Of a stretch of DNA of 64,000 nucleotides, positions 46,674 through 56,138 are shown one piece after another. The translations under genes were made by a program, and so were the position numbers. The notes below the pieces were generated by a model, which saw nothing but the letters and a program-made list of their open reading frames with translations, ran no database searches and had not been told where the DNA came from. The stretch spans positions 1-64,000 of IMG/VR virus record IMGVR_UViG_3300027533_000013; one strand, given 5' to 3'. This stretch comes from a virus. Taxonomy: Duplodnaviria > Caudoviricetes. Position 1 is the stretch's first letter. Every line of letters begins with the position of its first letter.

Positions 46674-47207
46674 ATGTCCTTGGTACTGAAGTCCGAAGAA
46701 CAGCACATTGTCATGGGCGTTGCTCCGGGCTATTGGGTGTCGAATGATGGCCGAGTGTGGTCCACACGTCCATTGAACGGGCAGGGGCCATTATTGCCGT
46801 GGGAACAGCGCCGAGAGATGAAACCGATTGTTCAGCACAATCAATATCGAACGGTGGTGATTGATAGAAAGACCGTGGCAGTTCATGCACTTGTACTAAC
46901 GGCGTTTGTAGGCCCACGACCAGCCGGGAAGCAATGTCGCCATTTGGATGGTGACAAGTCGAATAACCGGCGAGACAATTTGATCTGGGGTACTTGTGTT
47001 GAGCAGTCAGAAGATCGGGCCAAACACGGCACTAAGTTAGTAGGGTCGAAGATAGGCACGGCGAAGTTGACTGAAGCGCAAGTGAAAGAAGCGCGGAGTA
47101 TGCGACCCACTTTTCCGCTTGATTACATTGCCAAGAAATTTGGAGTGACTAAGACCTGTATTTGGCATGCTGTTTCTGGTTCCGGCTCCAATTGGAGACA
47201 CGTATGA
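46674..47207 (+). mobile_element. free-standing NUMOD4/HNH homing endonuclease
   Basis: YWVSNDGRVWS, VHALV..AFVGP.P..CRHLDGDKSNNRRDNL.WGT, C-terminal HTH. Confidence 0.85.
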
Positions 47208-47794
47208 ACCGAAAACTCGTAATCAAACAGGACGGTGAACTTCAGATAGCGATGGGCGAAGTTTACGCCCCCAACCGTCCTGATGCACAGGGTGAGTACA
47301 TGACGGTGGTGGAAATTCGGAAAATGGCCCATGAGTTTATCCGCTCTGGTAAGATGAAGCAGATCGACTTGATGCACGGTAATAAGATTGTTGAGGGCGC
47401 GAGTGTTGTAGAGTCGTTCGTCTCGGACGCATCCGACACACGGTTCCTACCTGATTCATGGGTGATTGGTGTTCATATCCCCGACCCAACTTTGTGGTCG
47501 TCCATCAAGAAGGGCGAAATCAACGGTTTCAGCATGGAAGCTCTCGTGTCCCGACACGATACGGATGTGGAGATTGAAATTCCTCCGGTCGTGTCAGGGT
47601 TGACCAGTAAGGGTGATGACGGTCATGAGCATAAATTCTTCGTCACCTATGACGAAAAGGGACAGTTCAAGGGTGGATTGACGGATGTGGTCAATGGCCA
47701 TTCGCATACCATCGTGGCGGGGACGCATACCCAAGACAGTCAAGGTCATCGCCATCGATTTAGTTCTGTTGATAACGTCCGAATCTTGAGGTAG
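47204..47794 (+). CDS. XkdF-like prohead serine protease
   Basis: GEVYAP..DAQGE, IDLMH, VVESF, W..IKKGEINGFS; GHxH repeats at C-terminus. Confidence 0.85.
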   Translation: MNRKLVIKQDGELQIAMGEVYAPNRPDAQGEYMTVVEIRKMAHEFIRSGKMKQIDLMHGNKIVEGASVVESFVSDASDTRFLPDSWVIGVHIPDPTLWSSIKKGEINGFSMEALVSRHDTDVEIEIPPVVSGLTSKGDDGHEHKFFVTYDEKGQFKGGLTDVVNGHSHTIVAGTHTQDSQGHRHRFSSVDNVRILR

Positions 47795-47798
47795 GATC

Positions 47799-48965
47799 AT
47801 GCCGATTTTTCGGACCAAGTTGAAACAGTTGCGTGATGCGGATGTGCGGTTTATTTCGTTGGTAGATCGAGCCGCCACACGTATTCCGTTCCGAGTGTTG
47901 AAGCGTGAGAAGGAGAACGAGATGGGTATTGATCTGACGCGAGTATTCAAGTCGGACGGAAAAGAGGTGGCGAAGCCTTTTGTGTCGGCAATCGTGGTCT
48001 TCGCCCAGAAAAACGAGGACGCCGCGAAACAAGTGCGGGACGCCATCGAGAAGCACGGGTTCCGCATTGATCGCGTTCAGAAAGCCGATGGCGACGAGAC
48101 GCTGGTCTTCGCCCAGACGGATGCTCCGAAAGAAGTCCAGCTTGTGCGACTGAGCGATCAGTCGTTGGTATCCGTCGCCAACTTTCAGATTCCCTCGGGA
48201 TGGATGGGTGACCAGATCGAGGAGCACGGGTTCTTCCCCGATCTGAAGCTGGCCACTCAGAATCTGTACGACGAGATGCTGAAGGTTGCCAAGTCGGACA
48301 CACCACAGGACCATGCTCAGGCCGCGTTGACCAGCTACGCCCAGTACATGGAGCAGATGATCACGCTCCCGGTGGAAGCGTTCCAGTTGGACGAGGCCAT
48401 TGCTGAAATCGTCAAGAAGTGCTCCTGCGAAGACAAGAAAGAGGACGAGGAGCCGGTGAAGGAAGACGTGAAGACGGAAGACGTGGTCAAGGCCGACAAA
48501 AAGAGTCCCAAGTTGCCGCCGAAACTGGCCGGTGAGTCGGAGGCCGAGAGGAAGAAGCGTCTCAAGTCCCATCCGCCGTCTGAGATGGCTCCGGCTGATG
48601 AGGAAGATGACCAGAAGGGTCCACCGGAAGAAGCCAGCCCCGAAGAGGATGAAACCAAGAAGGCTGACACCGGCATTCAGGACATTCTCGGCGCGTTGAA
48701 GGCACTGAACGATAGCACCACGGCGCAGTTCACCACGCTGACGACCAAGTTGGAAGGTGTCGTCACCGAACAGGCCAGCCAGAAGAAAGTGCTTGACGAC
48801 GTGGTACAGAAAGCTGACACTTTGGGAGCGACGTTGAAGGGTACGGTGGTTGCCCCCGTTGTCTCCGAAGATCGCCCCGCAGGACCAGCCCGTATGCGGG
48901 TGCAGAAGGACGATGATCCTCGGACGGGCAATTTCGACACCGCGTTTCTGCGTCGTCGTCGGTAA
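47799..48965 (+). CDS. capsid scaffolding protein
   Basis: FISLVDRAA N-terminus, acidic/coiled-coil body, many xxKA/KS sites; lies between protease and capsid. Confidence 0.7.
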   Translation: MPIFRTKLKQLRDADVRFISLVDRAATRIPFRVLKREKENEMGIDLTRVFKSDGKEVAKPFVSAIVVFAQKNEDAAKQVRDAIEKHGFRIDRVQKADGDETLVFAQTDAPKEVQLVRLSDQSLVSVANFQIPSGWMGDQIEEHGFFPDLKLATQNLYDEMLKVAKSDTPQDHAQAALTSYAQYMEQMITLPVEAFQLDEAIAEIVKKCSCEDKKEDEEPVKEDVKTEDVVKADKKSPKLPPKLAGESEAERKKRLKSHPPSEMAPADEEDDQKGPPEEASPEEDETKKADTGIQDILGALKALNDSTTAQFTTLTTKLEGVVTEQASQKKVLDDVVQKADTLGATLKGTVVAPVVSEDRPAGPARMRVQKDDDPRTGNFDTAFLRRRR

Positions 48966-49006
48966 CGACCAGATCCACCATTCACCGTTTTGTAGTAGGA
49001 GATGAC

Positions 49007-49948
49007 ATGACGAATCAGGAAGTTATCCAAAAAGCGGATATGGCGCTTGCGGATCTGGCGACGGCTGGCAAGCTGAATCCGGAGCAGACCGACCGCTTCA
49101 TCCGTACGCTCATTGACCAGCCCACCCTGTTGGCTTCCATCCGGACGGTCGCCATGGGCGCACCGGAGATGAAGATCAACAAGATCGGCTTCGGCTCCCG
49201 AGTGCTGCGACCTGCGATCAGCGCCACCGCCATGGCTGATTCGGATCGCGTGAAGCCGGATCTTGGACAGGTGAACTTGGCGACGAAAGAAGTCATCGCT
49301 GAAGTCCATCTGCCCTACGACGTGATCGAGGACAACATCGAGAAGGGCAACATCAACGTGCCGTTGCAGACCGGCGCGGGTGGTCTGCACCAGACCATCG
49401 TGGACCTGTTGGCCGAGCGTGCCGCGCTCGACTTGGAAGAGCTTGGCATTCAGGGTGACACCGCAAACCTTGCGGACGCCTATCTGGCTCTTCAGGACGG
49501 CTATCTGAAGCTGGCCACCGCGAACGTGACCAACGTGGGTGGCGTGTTCGACAAGGCGGCGGTCAAAGCCGCACTGAAGACCATGCCGACCCGGTATCTC
49601 CGGAACCGCAGTGCCATGTCGCACTTCGTGTCCGTGGACAACGAGACGGAAATCCGTGACCAGTACGGTGCTCGTCAGACCGCACTCGGTGACGCACAGG
49701 TGCAGGGTCTGCTCCCGGTCTACATCTACGGTTCCAAGGTGACCCCGGTCGCCCTGATGCCGGGACCGCAGGGCCTGTTCACCGATCCGATGAATCTCAT
49801 CTTCGGGATTCAGCGGAACATCATGATCGAGTACGACAAGGACATTCGTGCCCGTGTGTTCATCATCGTGCTGACCTGCCGCATCGACTTCGCCATCGAG
49901 GAAGTCAACGCGGTGGTCAAGTACACGGGCATTACCGGAAGCCGGTAG
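49007..49948 (+). CDS. major capsid protein (XkdG-like, HK97 fold)
   Basis: GKLNPEQ..FI, KIGFGSR, EDNIE, DLEEL.IQGD..DGYLK; strong codon bias. Confidence 0.92.
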   Translation: MTNQEVIQKADMALADLATAGKLNPEQTDRFIRTLIDQPTLLASIRTVAMGAPEMKINKIGFGSRVLRPAISATAMADSDRVKPDLGQVNLATKEVIAEVHLPYDVIEDNIEKGNINVPLQTGAGGLHQTIVDLLAERAALDLEELGIQGDTANLADAYLALQDGYLKLATANVTNVGGVFDKAAVKAALKTMPTRYLRNRSAMSHFVSVDNETEIRDQYGARQTALGDAQVQGLLPVYIYGSKVTPVALMPGPQGLFTDPMNLIFGIQRNIMIEYDKDIRARVFIIVLTCRIDFAIEEVNAVVKYTGITGSR

Positions 49949-49967
49949 TCACCAGTCGTGAGGTTGC

Positions 49968-49999
49968 AAGGGACTCTTCCGCAAGGGGGAGTCCCTTTT
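49968..49999 (+). terminator. rho-independent terminator
   Basis: AAGGGACTCTTCC-GCAA-GGGGGAGTCCCTT then T-run. Confidence 0.75.
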
Positions 50000-50012
50000 G
50001 CACTTGATTGCA

Positions 50013-50303
50013 ATGACTGACGTACCGCTCAAACCAGACAAACCACCAAGGCCACCAAACCCTTCCCAGTACACCCAACTGGAGTTGGCCATCTATGATG
50101 TGTATACTGTCGGTCTGCTGTCGCCACCAGTGACGGGAGTCAAGGGGGTGCAGTATGTGAAGGGTGTGCGATATATCTTTTCCCCGGAAGAAGCGTTGGT
50201 GAAACTGGAAGAAATGGATCATGGACGTCCGGTGTGGAAGGTTCATGGAAAGCCACCGAAGCCGGAACCGACGCCTGTACGACTTCCCGCGTTCCTCACG
50301 TAA
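50013..50303 (+). CDS. hypothetical virion-associated protein (paralogue of next gene)
   Basis: LELA.Y..YT..Y.KG..Y.F..A..L.E.D.GRP.WK. Confidence 0.6.
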   Translation: MTDVPLKPDKPPRPPNPSQYTQLELAIYDVYTVGLLSPPVTGVKGVQYVKGVRYIFSPEEALVKLEEMDHGRPVWKVHGKPPKPEPTPVRLPAFLT

Positions 50304-50318
50304 TCAAGGAGTGATGTA

Positions 50319-50702
50319 ATGGCATTAAAGACAGAGAAGATTGAGAAATCACCAGAACCTGCGGTAAAGCCGGATACAACCGTGTTGGAATTGGCTTTGT
50401 ATACCCAGTACACGTGGCAGGGTGAGACGTACGAGAAGGGTAAACCCTACCGCTTCAGGACCGTGGACGCCATGCAGTTGCTGGCCGAGACAGACACCGG
50501 TCGTCCCATCTGGAAACTGTATCAGGCACCCAAGCCCAGAGTAGCACCCAAGAACGAGGTCGTGGATGCGACGGGTGTGCAGGCCGGGATTCCTGATGAA
50601 CCTGTCCATTTCTCTCCACCGAGAAAGCGCATTGAGGTGGGAGACGACAGCGAGATTCAAGACATTTTGGGGAAGACTGAGGGTGGAGATATCACGGTCT
50701 AG
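50319..50702 (+). CDS. hypothetical virion-associated protein
   Basis: paralogue of 50013-50303; AAGGAG RBS. Confidence 0.65.
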   Translation: MALKTEKIEKSPEPAVKPDTTVLELALYTQYTWQGETYEKGKPYRFRTVDAMQLLAETDTGRPIWKLYQAPKPRVAPKNEVVDATGVQAGIPDEPVHFSPPRKRIEVGDDSEIQDILGKTEGGDITV

Positions 50703-50705
50703 CCG

Positions 50706-51491
50706 ATGAGACGCCCACAGACGCCGCTGTTCGTGGATGTGCAGGATGTGATCCTGCGAATGGGTCTCAGTGCGGATCTGGCTGGGATTGAGGACGTAGT
50801 GTCGTCGGGCATCGTCTCGGCCCAGTTGCACGTTGAACGTGTGATTGATGGGAAGCTGTCTCGTCAGTCACAGGACTGTCGGTTTTTTATCGACTCCCAA
50901 GCCTTCTCAGGCATCGCTCCGGGTGGCCTGTATCGGTTGGAAGTGCCCAGTGGCTTGGTCCGACAAGACGTGCCGCAGACGGTGACGTTTTCGAACGACT
51001 ACGGCCCGTTCACCGCGCATTCAACTATCGATTCGACATTGATGAAGTTCGACTACAAGAAGGGGTATCTGTACGTCGATGCGGAGACGTACGGAGATAA
51101 CTACATCCGGATTCAGTGTGATACGGGGTTCGAAGATGGCACCCGACCCTACCCTGTTGATGACCTCACCGTATGGGCCGCTGACCAGCAGTACGCCATC
51201 GATGATGTGGTGGCCTATACCGGGATTGCCTACCGGTGTATCGGCGTCCCCCCAGTCGGTACGTTCCCCACGAATGCGGCATACTGGAAAGCCGAATTGG
51301 TTCCACAGGAGCCAATCCCCGATCCGATCTACGAAGCTATTATGTCGCTCGTTCCGATGGTGTTTAACGCGCAGCAGACCACGAAGCGCAGTAATGAGGC
51401 CAAGTCGCAGTACCAGACGTTGACTGACCATGCGAATCTGCTGTTGCAGCCGTACATGCGGACACAGGGATTCACCTTCAGGTCCATCTGA
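50706..51491 (+). CDS. head-tail adaptor/neck protein with inserted CBM5/12-like module
   Basis: position after capsid; W..DQQYAIDDVVAY.G..YRC..P..AYW. Confidence 0.6.
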   Translation: MRRPQTPLFVDVQDVILRMGLSADLAGIEDVVSSGIVSAQLHVERVIDGKLSRQSQDCRFFIDSQAFSGIAPGGLYRLEVPSGLVRQDVPQTVTFSNDYGPFTAHSTIDSTLMKFDYKKGYLYVDAETYGDNYIRIQCDTGFEDGTRPYPVDDLTVWAADQQYAIDDVVAYTGIAYRCIGVPPVGTFPTNAAYWKAELVPQEPIPDPIYEAIMSLVPMVFNAQQTTKRSNEAKSQYQTLTDHANLLLQPYMRTQGFTFRSI

Positions 51492-51655
51492 TGCAGCCCA
51501 AGAACCAGAATCTCAGCAAAACGTCGGAGTCGGAGTCGAAAAACTCTGAGAAGCCAATTCCCGGAGATAAACCGGAGTCTATCGTGGAACCTCCTGCCGA
51601 GGTGACGAAGCAGAAGGCCGCGAAGCAGATCAAGAAGCAGAAGCTCAAGAAATGA
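51491..51655 (+). CDS. small basic protein
   Basis: 54-aa ORF coupled at both ends (TGATG/ATGA). Confidence 0.4.
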   Translation: MQPKNQNLSKTSESESKNSEKPIPGDKPESIVEPPAEVTKQKAAKQIKKQKLKK

Positions 51656-52155
51656 GACTGCTCACGGTGTCCGTCGTGGGTCAGCAGGGGTTGGAGAAAT
51701 CCATCCGTGGGCTGGGCGAAGCACTGGACACGGTGAAGATACTGGATGAGGGTGCTGCCGTCATCTACAACCGGCTACGGTCTCGATTCCTGATTGAACA
51801 AGCACCAGACGGAACGAAGTGGCCACCCTCGCAGGCCGCGCTTCGCAGGGCACGTAGTGGCCGAGGGGGTGGGACGCTGTTCGATACGGGCAAGTTGTTT
51901 CGTAGCATCCAGTTGTATGCCGAGAGCCAGCACACCCGAGCGATTGGCACGAACGTCACGTCGCCCCAAGGGTTCCCCTATGCGGAGAAGCATCAGTTTG
52001 GTATTGGCTTCCCGCAGCGTCAGTTCTTAGGGTTTGCGGCTGAGGATATGGACCTGATGGCCCAAGTCATCATTCGACGCATCGCACAGGGATTACAGCA
52101 AGGAGCCAATCAAGGGAGTATTGGTCGTGCTTCTCCCACGTCAGGATTGCTGTAA
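51652..52155 (+). CDS. virion morphogenesis/tail completion protein (Mu gpG/P2 gpS-like)
   Basis: RF..EQAPDG.KW, LFDTGKL..SI, YA..HQFG..PQRQFLG. Confidence 0.85.
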   Translation: MRLLTVSVVGQQGLEKSIRGLGEALDTVKILDEGAAVIYNRLRSRFLIEQAPDGTKWPPSQAALRRARSGRGGGTLFDTGKLFRSIQLYAESQHTRAIGTNVTSPQGFPYAEKHQFGIGFPQRQFLGFAAEDMDLMAQVIIRRIAQGLQQGANQGSIGRASPTSGLL

Positions 52156-52661
52156 TGTCCAAACTCACTGAAGTGTTGGAGGAAGCTAGCACCCGACTCC
52201 TGACGTTGAACGCCCCACCGGTCAACCTGACGGGTAAGGTGGTGGTCGCCTACGATGAGAACGACTTGCTCGATGTGCTGAAGGGTGTCCGAGCGTATCC
52301 CGCTGTAGGCATCGTCTACGAAGGCATGCGGTCCATGTCTGAGGGTGGACCCACCGCGAAAGTGGGACTGTCTTGCGAGATTGTGCTGGCTTTTGTGTTG
52401 GTGGAGCGTGGAGACGAGATTCACGCCACGAACCAGAAGAAGGTCCGAGCGATTGAGTATCTGGACGCGATGCGGCTGATGTTCATGGGGAAGCGTAGCA
52501 CGGTGACTCAGCACTTCTGGCACTTTATGGTAGAAGCGCCAGCCGCGCTGAGGTCGGGTGCAGTGTGTTGGGTGCAGCGGTGGAGTCTGCCGACGCAGTT
52601 ACCCCATGAAGGCACAGCGACCAGTCCATCCCATCCATTTTTTCCCGCCAACTGTAAGTAG
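52155..52661 (+). CDS. putative tail terminator
   Basis: position; YPAVGIVYEG. Confidence 0.55.
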   Translation: MSKLTEVLEEASTRLLTLNAPPVNLTGKVVVAYDENDLLDVLKGVRAYPAVGIVYEGMRSMSEGGPTAKVGLSCEIVLAFVLVERGDEIHATNQKKVRAIEYLDAMRLMFMGKRSTVTQHFWHFMVEAPAALRSGAVCWVQRWSLPTQLPHEGTATSPSHPFFPANCK

Positions 52662-52668
52662 CCCTCGT

Positions 52669-53346
52669 ATGCTCGTCTCCTGCATATTGCCGACGAAGAA
52701 TCGTGCGGCGTTCATCCCGCAGGCTATTCGTTGTTATCAGTCGCAGACGTACCCACATAAAGAGTTAGTCATCATCGACAACGGGAACGATGGGACCGAG
52801 GCACTGATTCCCCCAGATGATCCGTCGATCCGGTACGGTCGGGTGGCAGGGAAGCGGACCACGGGGGACATGCGGAATTTGTGTGCCAGATACGCCAAGG
52901 GAGAAATCATCTGCCATTTCGACTCGGATGATTGGTCAGCCCCGGAGCGTGTGACAGATCAGGTCACACGGCTTGGTGAGTTTGGGGTGTTGACGGGCTA
53001 TCACGACATGTTGTTCTATGACGTGCGGGATGGCAGGCTCTACCACTGGCATATGCGGTCGCCCAATTGGTTCGCACTGGGTACGTCGTTGTGCTACCGC
53101 AGGGACTGGTGGCGTGGTCATCCGTTTGTGTCGTTGCAGATTGGTGAGGATATTCGATTTTTCCGTCAGGCCGCACGTGAAGCCAAACGGTTTGTATCGT
53201 CGGTGTCTGGTGGCCATATGATGGTGGCGCGAGTGCATGACTATCAGACCAGTAAGAAGTCACTCACGAAGATGAGCTACACGCCTATGCCCCCAACCGA
53301 GTTACCATCGGCTTTCCCATGCGGTTCAACATTGTCAGCAATCTAG
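52669..53346 (+). CDS. glycosyltransferase family 2
   Basis: VSCILPT.NR, QTY..ELVIID, RN..AKGE..HFDSDD, GED. Confidence 0.9.
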   Translation: MLVSCILPTKNRAAFIPQAIRCYQSQTYPHKELVIIDNGNDGTEALIPPDDPSIRYGRVAGKRTTGDMRNLCARYAKGEIICHFDSDDWSAPERVTDQVTRLGEFGVLTGYHDMLFYDVRDGRLYHWHMRSPNWFALGTSLCYRRDWWRGHPFVSLQIGEDIRFFRQAAREAKRFVSSVSGGHMMVARVHDYQTSKKSLTKMSYTPMPPTELPSAFPCGSTLSAI

Positions 53347-53350
53347 CCAC

Positions 53351-53938
53351 ATGCTGAAAATCTATCGGTCCAGCCGAGCGTTGAAAGGTGACTTGGTAGG
53401 GCGGCAGTTTGGTCGGCTGATTGTCAAAGCCAAGGTCGAAGAAGGTTGGCGATGCCAGTGTGTTTGTGGGGCCATGAAGACTGTGGCTGCAAGTAATTTG
53501 CGATCAGGGAACGTGGCGAGTTGTGGGTGTCTGCGGAAAGAAACGAGTGCTGCAAATGCTAAGGCTACGACTTTCAAACGAAAGGGTCAGAAGCGTCCAG
53601 CGGTTGCAAAGGTGGGATCGGCTTTTCGGATTGTGTTAGGCACCTATCGGCTGTCTGCGAAGACGCGGGGGCATACGTTTGAATTGTCCGAAGATGCTTT
53701 TAAGATACTAACGTCTGCGGTATGTTTCTATTGTGGCGCTTCACCTTCACGCGAGTCAAAGTCTTATGCAGGAGAGGTGTACCTGTTCAACGGCATTGAT
53801 CGCATGGACAATGCCTTGGGGTATACCGTCAGTAACAGTGTGCCGTGTTGCTGGACGTGTAATGAACTGAAGGGATCTGAAAATTCAAAGGAGTTTATCG
53901 CTCATATTCTCAAAATTGCGGGGCATTGTGCGATTTAA
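53351..53938 (+). mobile_element. free-standing HNH endonuclease
   Basis: FGRL.V..W.CQC.CG..LRSG..SCGC; CFYCG..GIDR.DN..GY..N.VPCC..CN..KG. Confidence 0.85.
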
Positions 53939-54791
53939 TTACATATCCAACCTCAGCAATGGCGCGGGACTTCAGCGGAACTATGAACTGCTGAAGCAGG
54001 CATTGCAGGCCCGTGGGCACTCGGTGCATGGTGTGCAGTTCAACGCCAAGCCGTTGGTGGTGCCACCGGCTGACATCAATATCTTCGATGAGGTGGTGAC
54101 ACCTCTCGCTTTCCGAGCCGCCAAGGTCCAGTGGGCGATGCCACATCCCGAGTGGTGGTTTGGGATGTGGGATCAGTATCGCTGGGACAAGATTCTGGCA
54201 AAAACACACGACTGTGAGCGTATTTTCCAAGCGAAAGTGGGCAACCGATGCCAGTACCTTGGATGGGTGGCCAAAGACTTGGCCCGACCGGGCATCCCGA
54301 AGGAACGCAAATTCCTCCATGTATCTGGGAAATCCTCGTTCAAGAACACACAGGCCGTGATTTTCGGGTGTCATCAGGCCGGTGTCCCGTTGACCGTGGT
54401 TGGCGAAAAATCGGGTGGTGTTGCCCGAGTCTCCGAGCAAGAATTGATTCACTTGATGAATTCGCACTTTTGCCATGTCATGCCGTCCGCGTATGAGGGG
54501 TACGGTCATGTGCTGCATGAATCGCAGAGCACCGGGCAGATTCTGATCACGACTAATGCCCCACCGATGAATGAGATATGCCCCGCATTTTACGTGCCCA
54601 GTGTGGGGGTCAGACCGCACCACGCAGGAGTGTTGCATCAGGTATTACCGGGAGATGTGGCAAAAGCCGTGAAGTATGTCATGGCGATGGAACAGACCGA
54701 GATAGATCGGTTGAGTGCCGACGCCCGAACGTCATACGATGAAGATGTCAAACAGTTCAATGTGGCGTTGGATAAGTTGGTAAATCAGTGA
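53916..54791 (+). CDS. GT-B fold glycosyltransferase (GT4-like)
   Basis: FLHVSGKS..KNT, PS.YEGYGHVLHE, TTNAPPMNE; start uncertain (GTG 53928 possible). Confidence 0.8.
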   Translation: MRGIVRFNYISNLSNGAGLQRNYELLKQALQARGHSVHGVQFNAKPLVVPPADINIFDEVVTPLAFRAAKVQWAMPHPEWWFGMWDQYRWDKILAKTHDCERIFQAKVGNRCQYLGWVAKDLARPGIPKERKFLHVSGKSSFKNTQAVIFGCHQAGVPLTVVGEKSGGVARVSEQELIHLMNSHFCHVMPSAYEGYGHVLHESQSTGQILITTNAPPMNEICPAFYVPSVGVRPHHAGVLHQVLPGDVAKAVKYVMAMEQTEIDRLSADARTSYDEDVKQFNVALDKLVNQ

Positions 54792-55327
54792 CCTTCACAA
54801 ATTACGGACATGAAGTAGCCCTGTGGAATGTGTTGCAATCAATTGCATCGCAGCGGAAGGTGGCTGCTTATCTGGAGGTGGGGGTCCGCTACGGCAATTC
54901 ATTGGCGGTGGTGCTGTCTCAGCACTTCCCGTATCGGTTGGCGCTTTGTGATACGTGGGGTGGTGAGTATGGGGGCGAGTCGTTTGGTGGTCCGACGCAC
55001 ATCGAGCGTCTGTTGCGGGACTTGAAATACACCAATCCGACTACGTATCTCAGCGGTAATTCGCATGATCTGTTGAAGAAGGCTATCGGCCAGTTCGATT
55101 TGATTCTGGTGGATGGTGACCACAGTGCGGCGGGGGCCAGAGAGGATCTGGACGACTGTTGGCGACTGCTGATGCCGGATGGGCTGTTGGTGTTCGATGA
55201 CCTTAATCACCCGTCGCATCCCTATTTACTGACGGTATACCAAGATTTCGTAAAGACCGTCAATGCTACCGTGGTGCATGAAGATATGACCCCGATGGGT
55301 GTGGGCGTTCTGTGCAAGACCGCGTAA
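54788..55327 (+). CDS. class I SAM-dependent methyltransferase (Methyltransf_24-like)
   Basis: YLEVGVRYGNS, FDLILVDGDHS, GLLVFDD. Confidence 0.88.
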   Translation: MTFTNYGHEVALWNVLQSIASQRKVAAYLEVGVRYGNSLAVVLSQHFPYRLALCDTWGGEYGGESFGGPTHIERLLRDLKYTNPTTYLSGNSHDLLKKAIGQFDLILVDGDHSAAGAREDLDDCWRLLMPDGLLVFDDLNHPSHPYLLTVYQDFVKTVNATVVHEDMTPMGVGVLCKTA

Positions 55328-56112
55328 TCGTCCCAACGTATGACCGACCCGAGATGTTGTGGCTGTGTTTGGAGCATATTGCGCGTAGCCCAGATAGTAA
55401 ACACCTGTCGGTGATGGTGTATGCGGATGCACACGTTGGGCATACGACACCTCGGGAGGAAATTGAACAAGTCGTAGACAAGTTTCCTCACCTAAACATT
55501 CAAGTGGGCTTTCGTAATCCCCATCCGTTCCACGGGAACAGTTTCAACGTCTTGATGGCGTTCAAGGACGCTTTTTATGAGCCACAGGTGCGGTATGTCT
55601 TCATGATTGAAGACGACGTGATGGTTCATCCGCAGTTCTTTCAGTGGCATTGGACGGCACATGCGGCGAAGACGCTGGGATGCAGCATCGGCGTCATTAA
55701 AGAGCCACAATACGGCCCGTATGCGTCTCTCGGTGTGTGTTTTCGGCGGGAGATGCTGGGGTTGATTGTGCCGCACTGTCAGGTGGCGTACTTTCACAAT
55801 CTTCGGATGTATTGCAAGACACGGTTTGCCCCGTCAAAGTTTGATTGCGAGCAGGATGGGCTGTTCTGTCGTGTCTTGATCGGGCATTCGATTGCGTGGC
55901 CACCGATTCCCTATGCACAACATGTGGGGTGGTATGGTTACCACCGGAAGAAGAGTATTCGACCGGTTGGCACGTTAGCAGAACGCTATTATCAGGTAAA
56001 GCACGTATTGACCAGTGCCACGGCTTTGCGCCAGTGGGTGAAAGATTTTGGGGATATTAAGGTCTTGCAATTGAGTGCAACGAGTGGCACAGTATCTGGT
56101 GCAGCCGAGTAG
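55312..56112 (+). CDS. GT-A fold glycosyltransferase
   Basis: VPTYDRPE.L, IEDDV, EQDGL, HVGWYG. Confidence 0.75.
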   Translation: MQDRVIVPTYDRPEMLWLCLEHIARSPDSKHLSVMVYADAHVGHTTPREEIEQVVDKFPHLNIQVGFRNPHPFHGNSFNVLMAFKDAFYEPQVRYVFMIEDDVMVHPQFFQWHWTAHAAKTLGCSIGVIKEPQYGPYASLGVCFRREMLGLIVPHCQVAYFHNLRMYCKTRFAPSKFDCEQDGLFCRVLIGHSIAWPPIPYAQHVGWYGYHRKKSIRPVGTLAERYYQVKHVLTSATALRQWVKDFGDIKVLQLSATSGTVSGAAE

Positions 56113-56138
56113 GTTGTCAGGTTCAAAGGAGAACGCTG

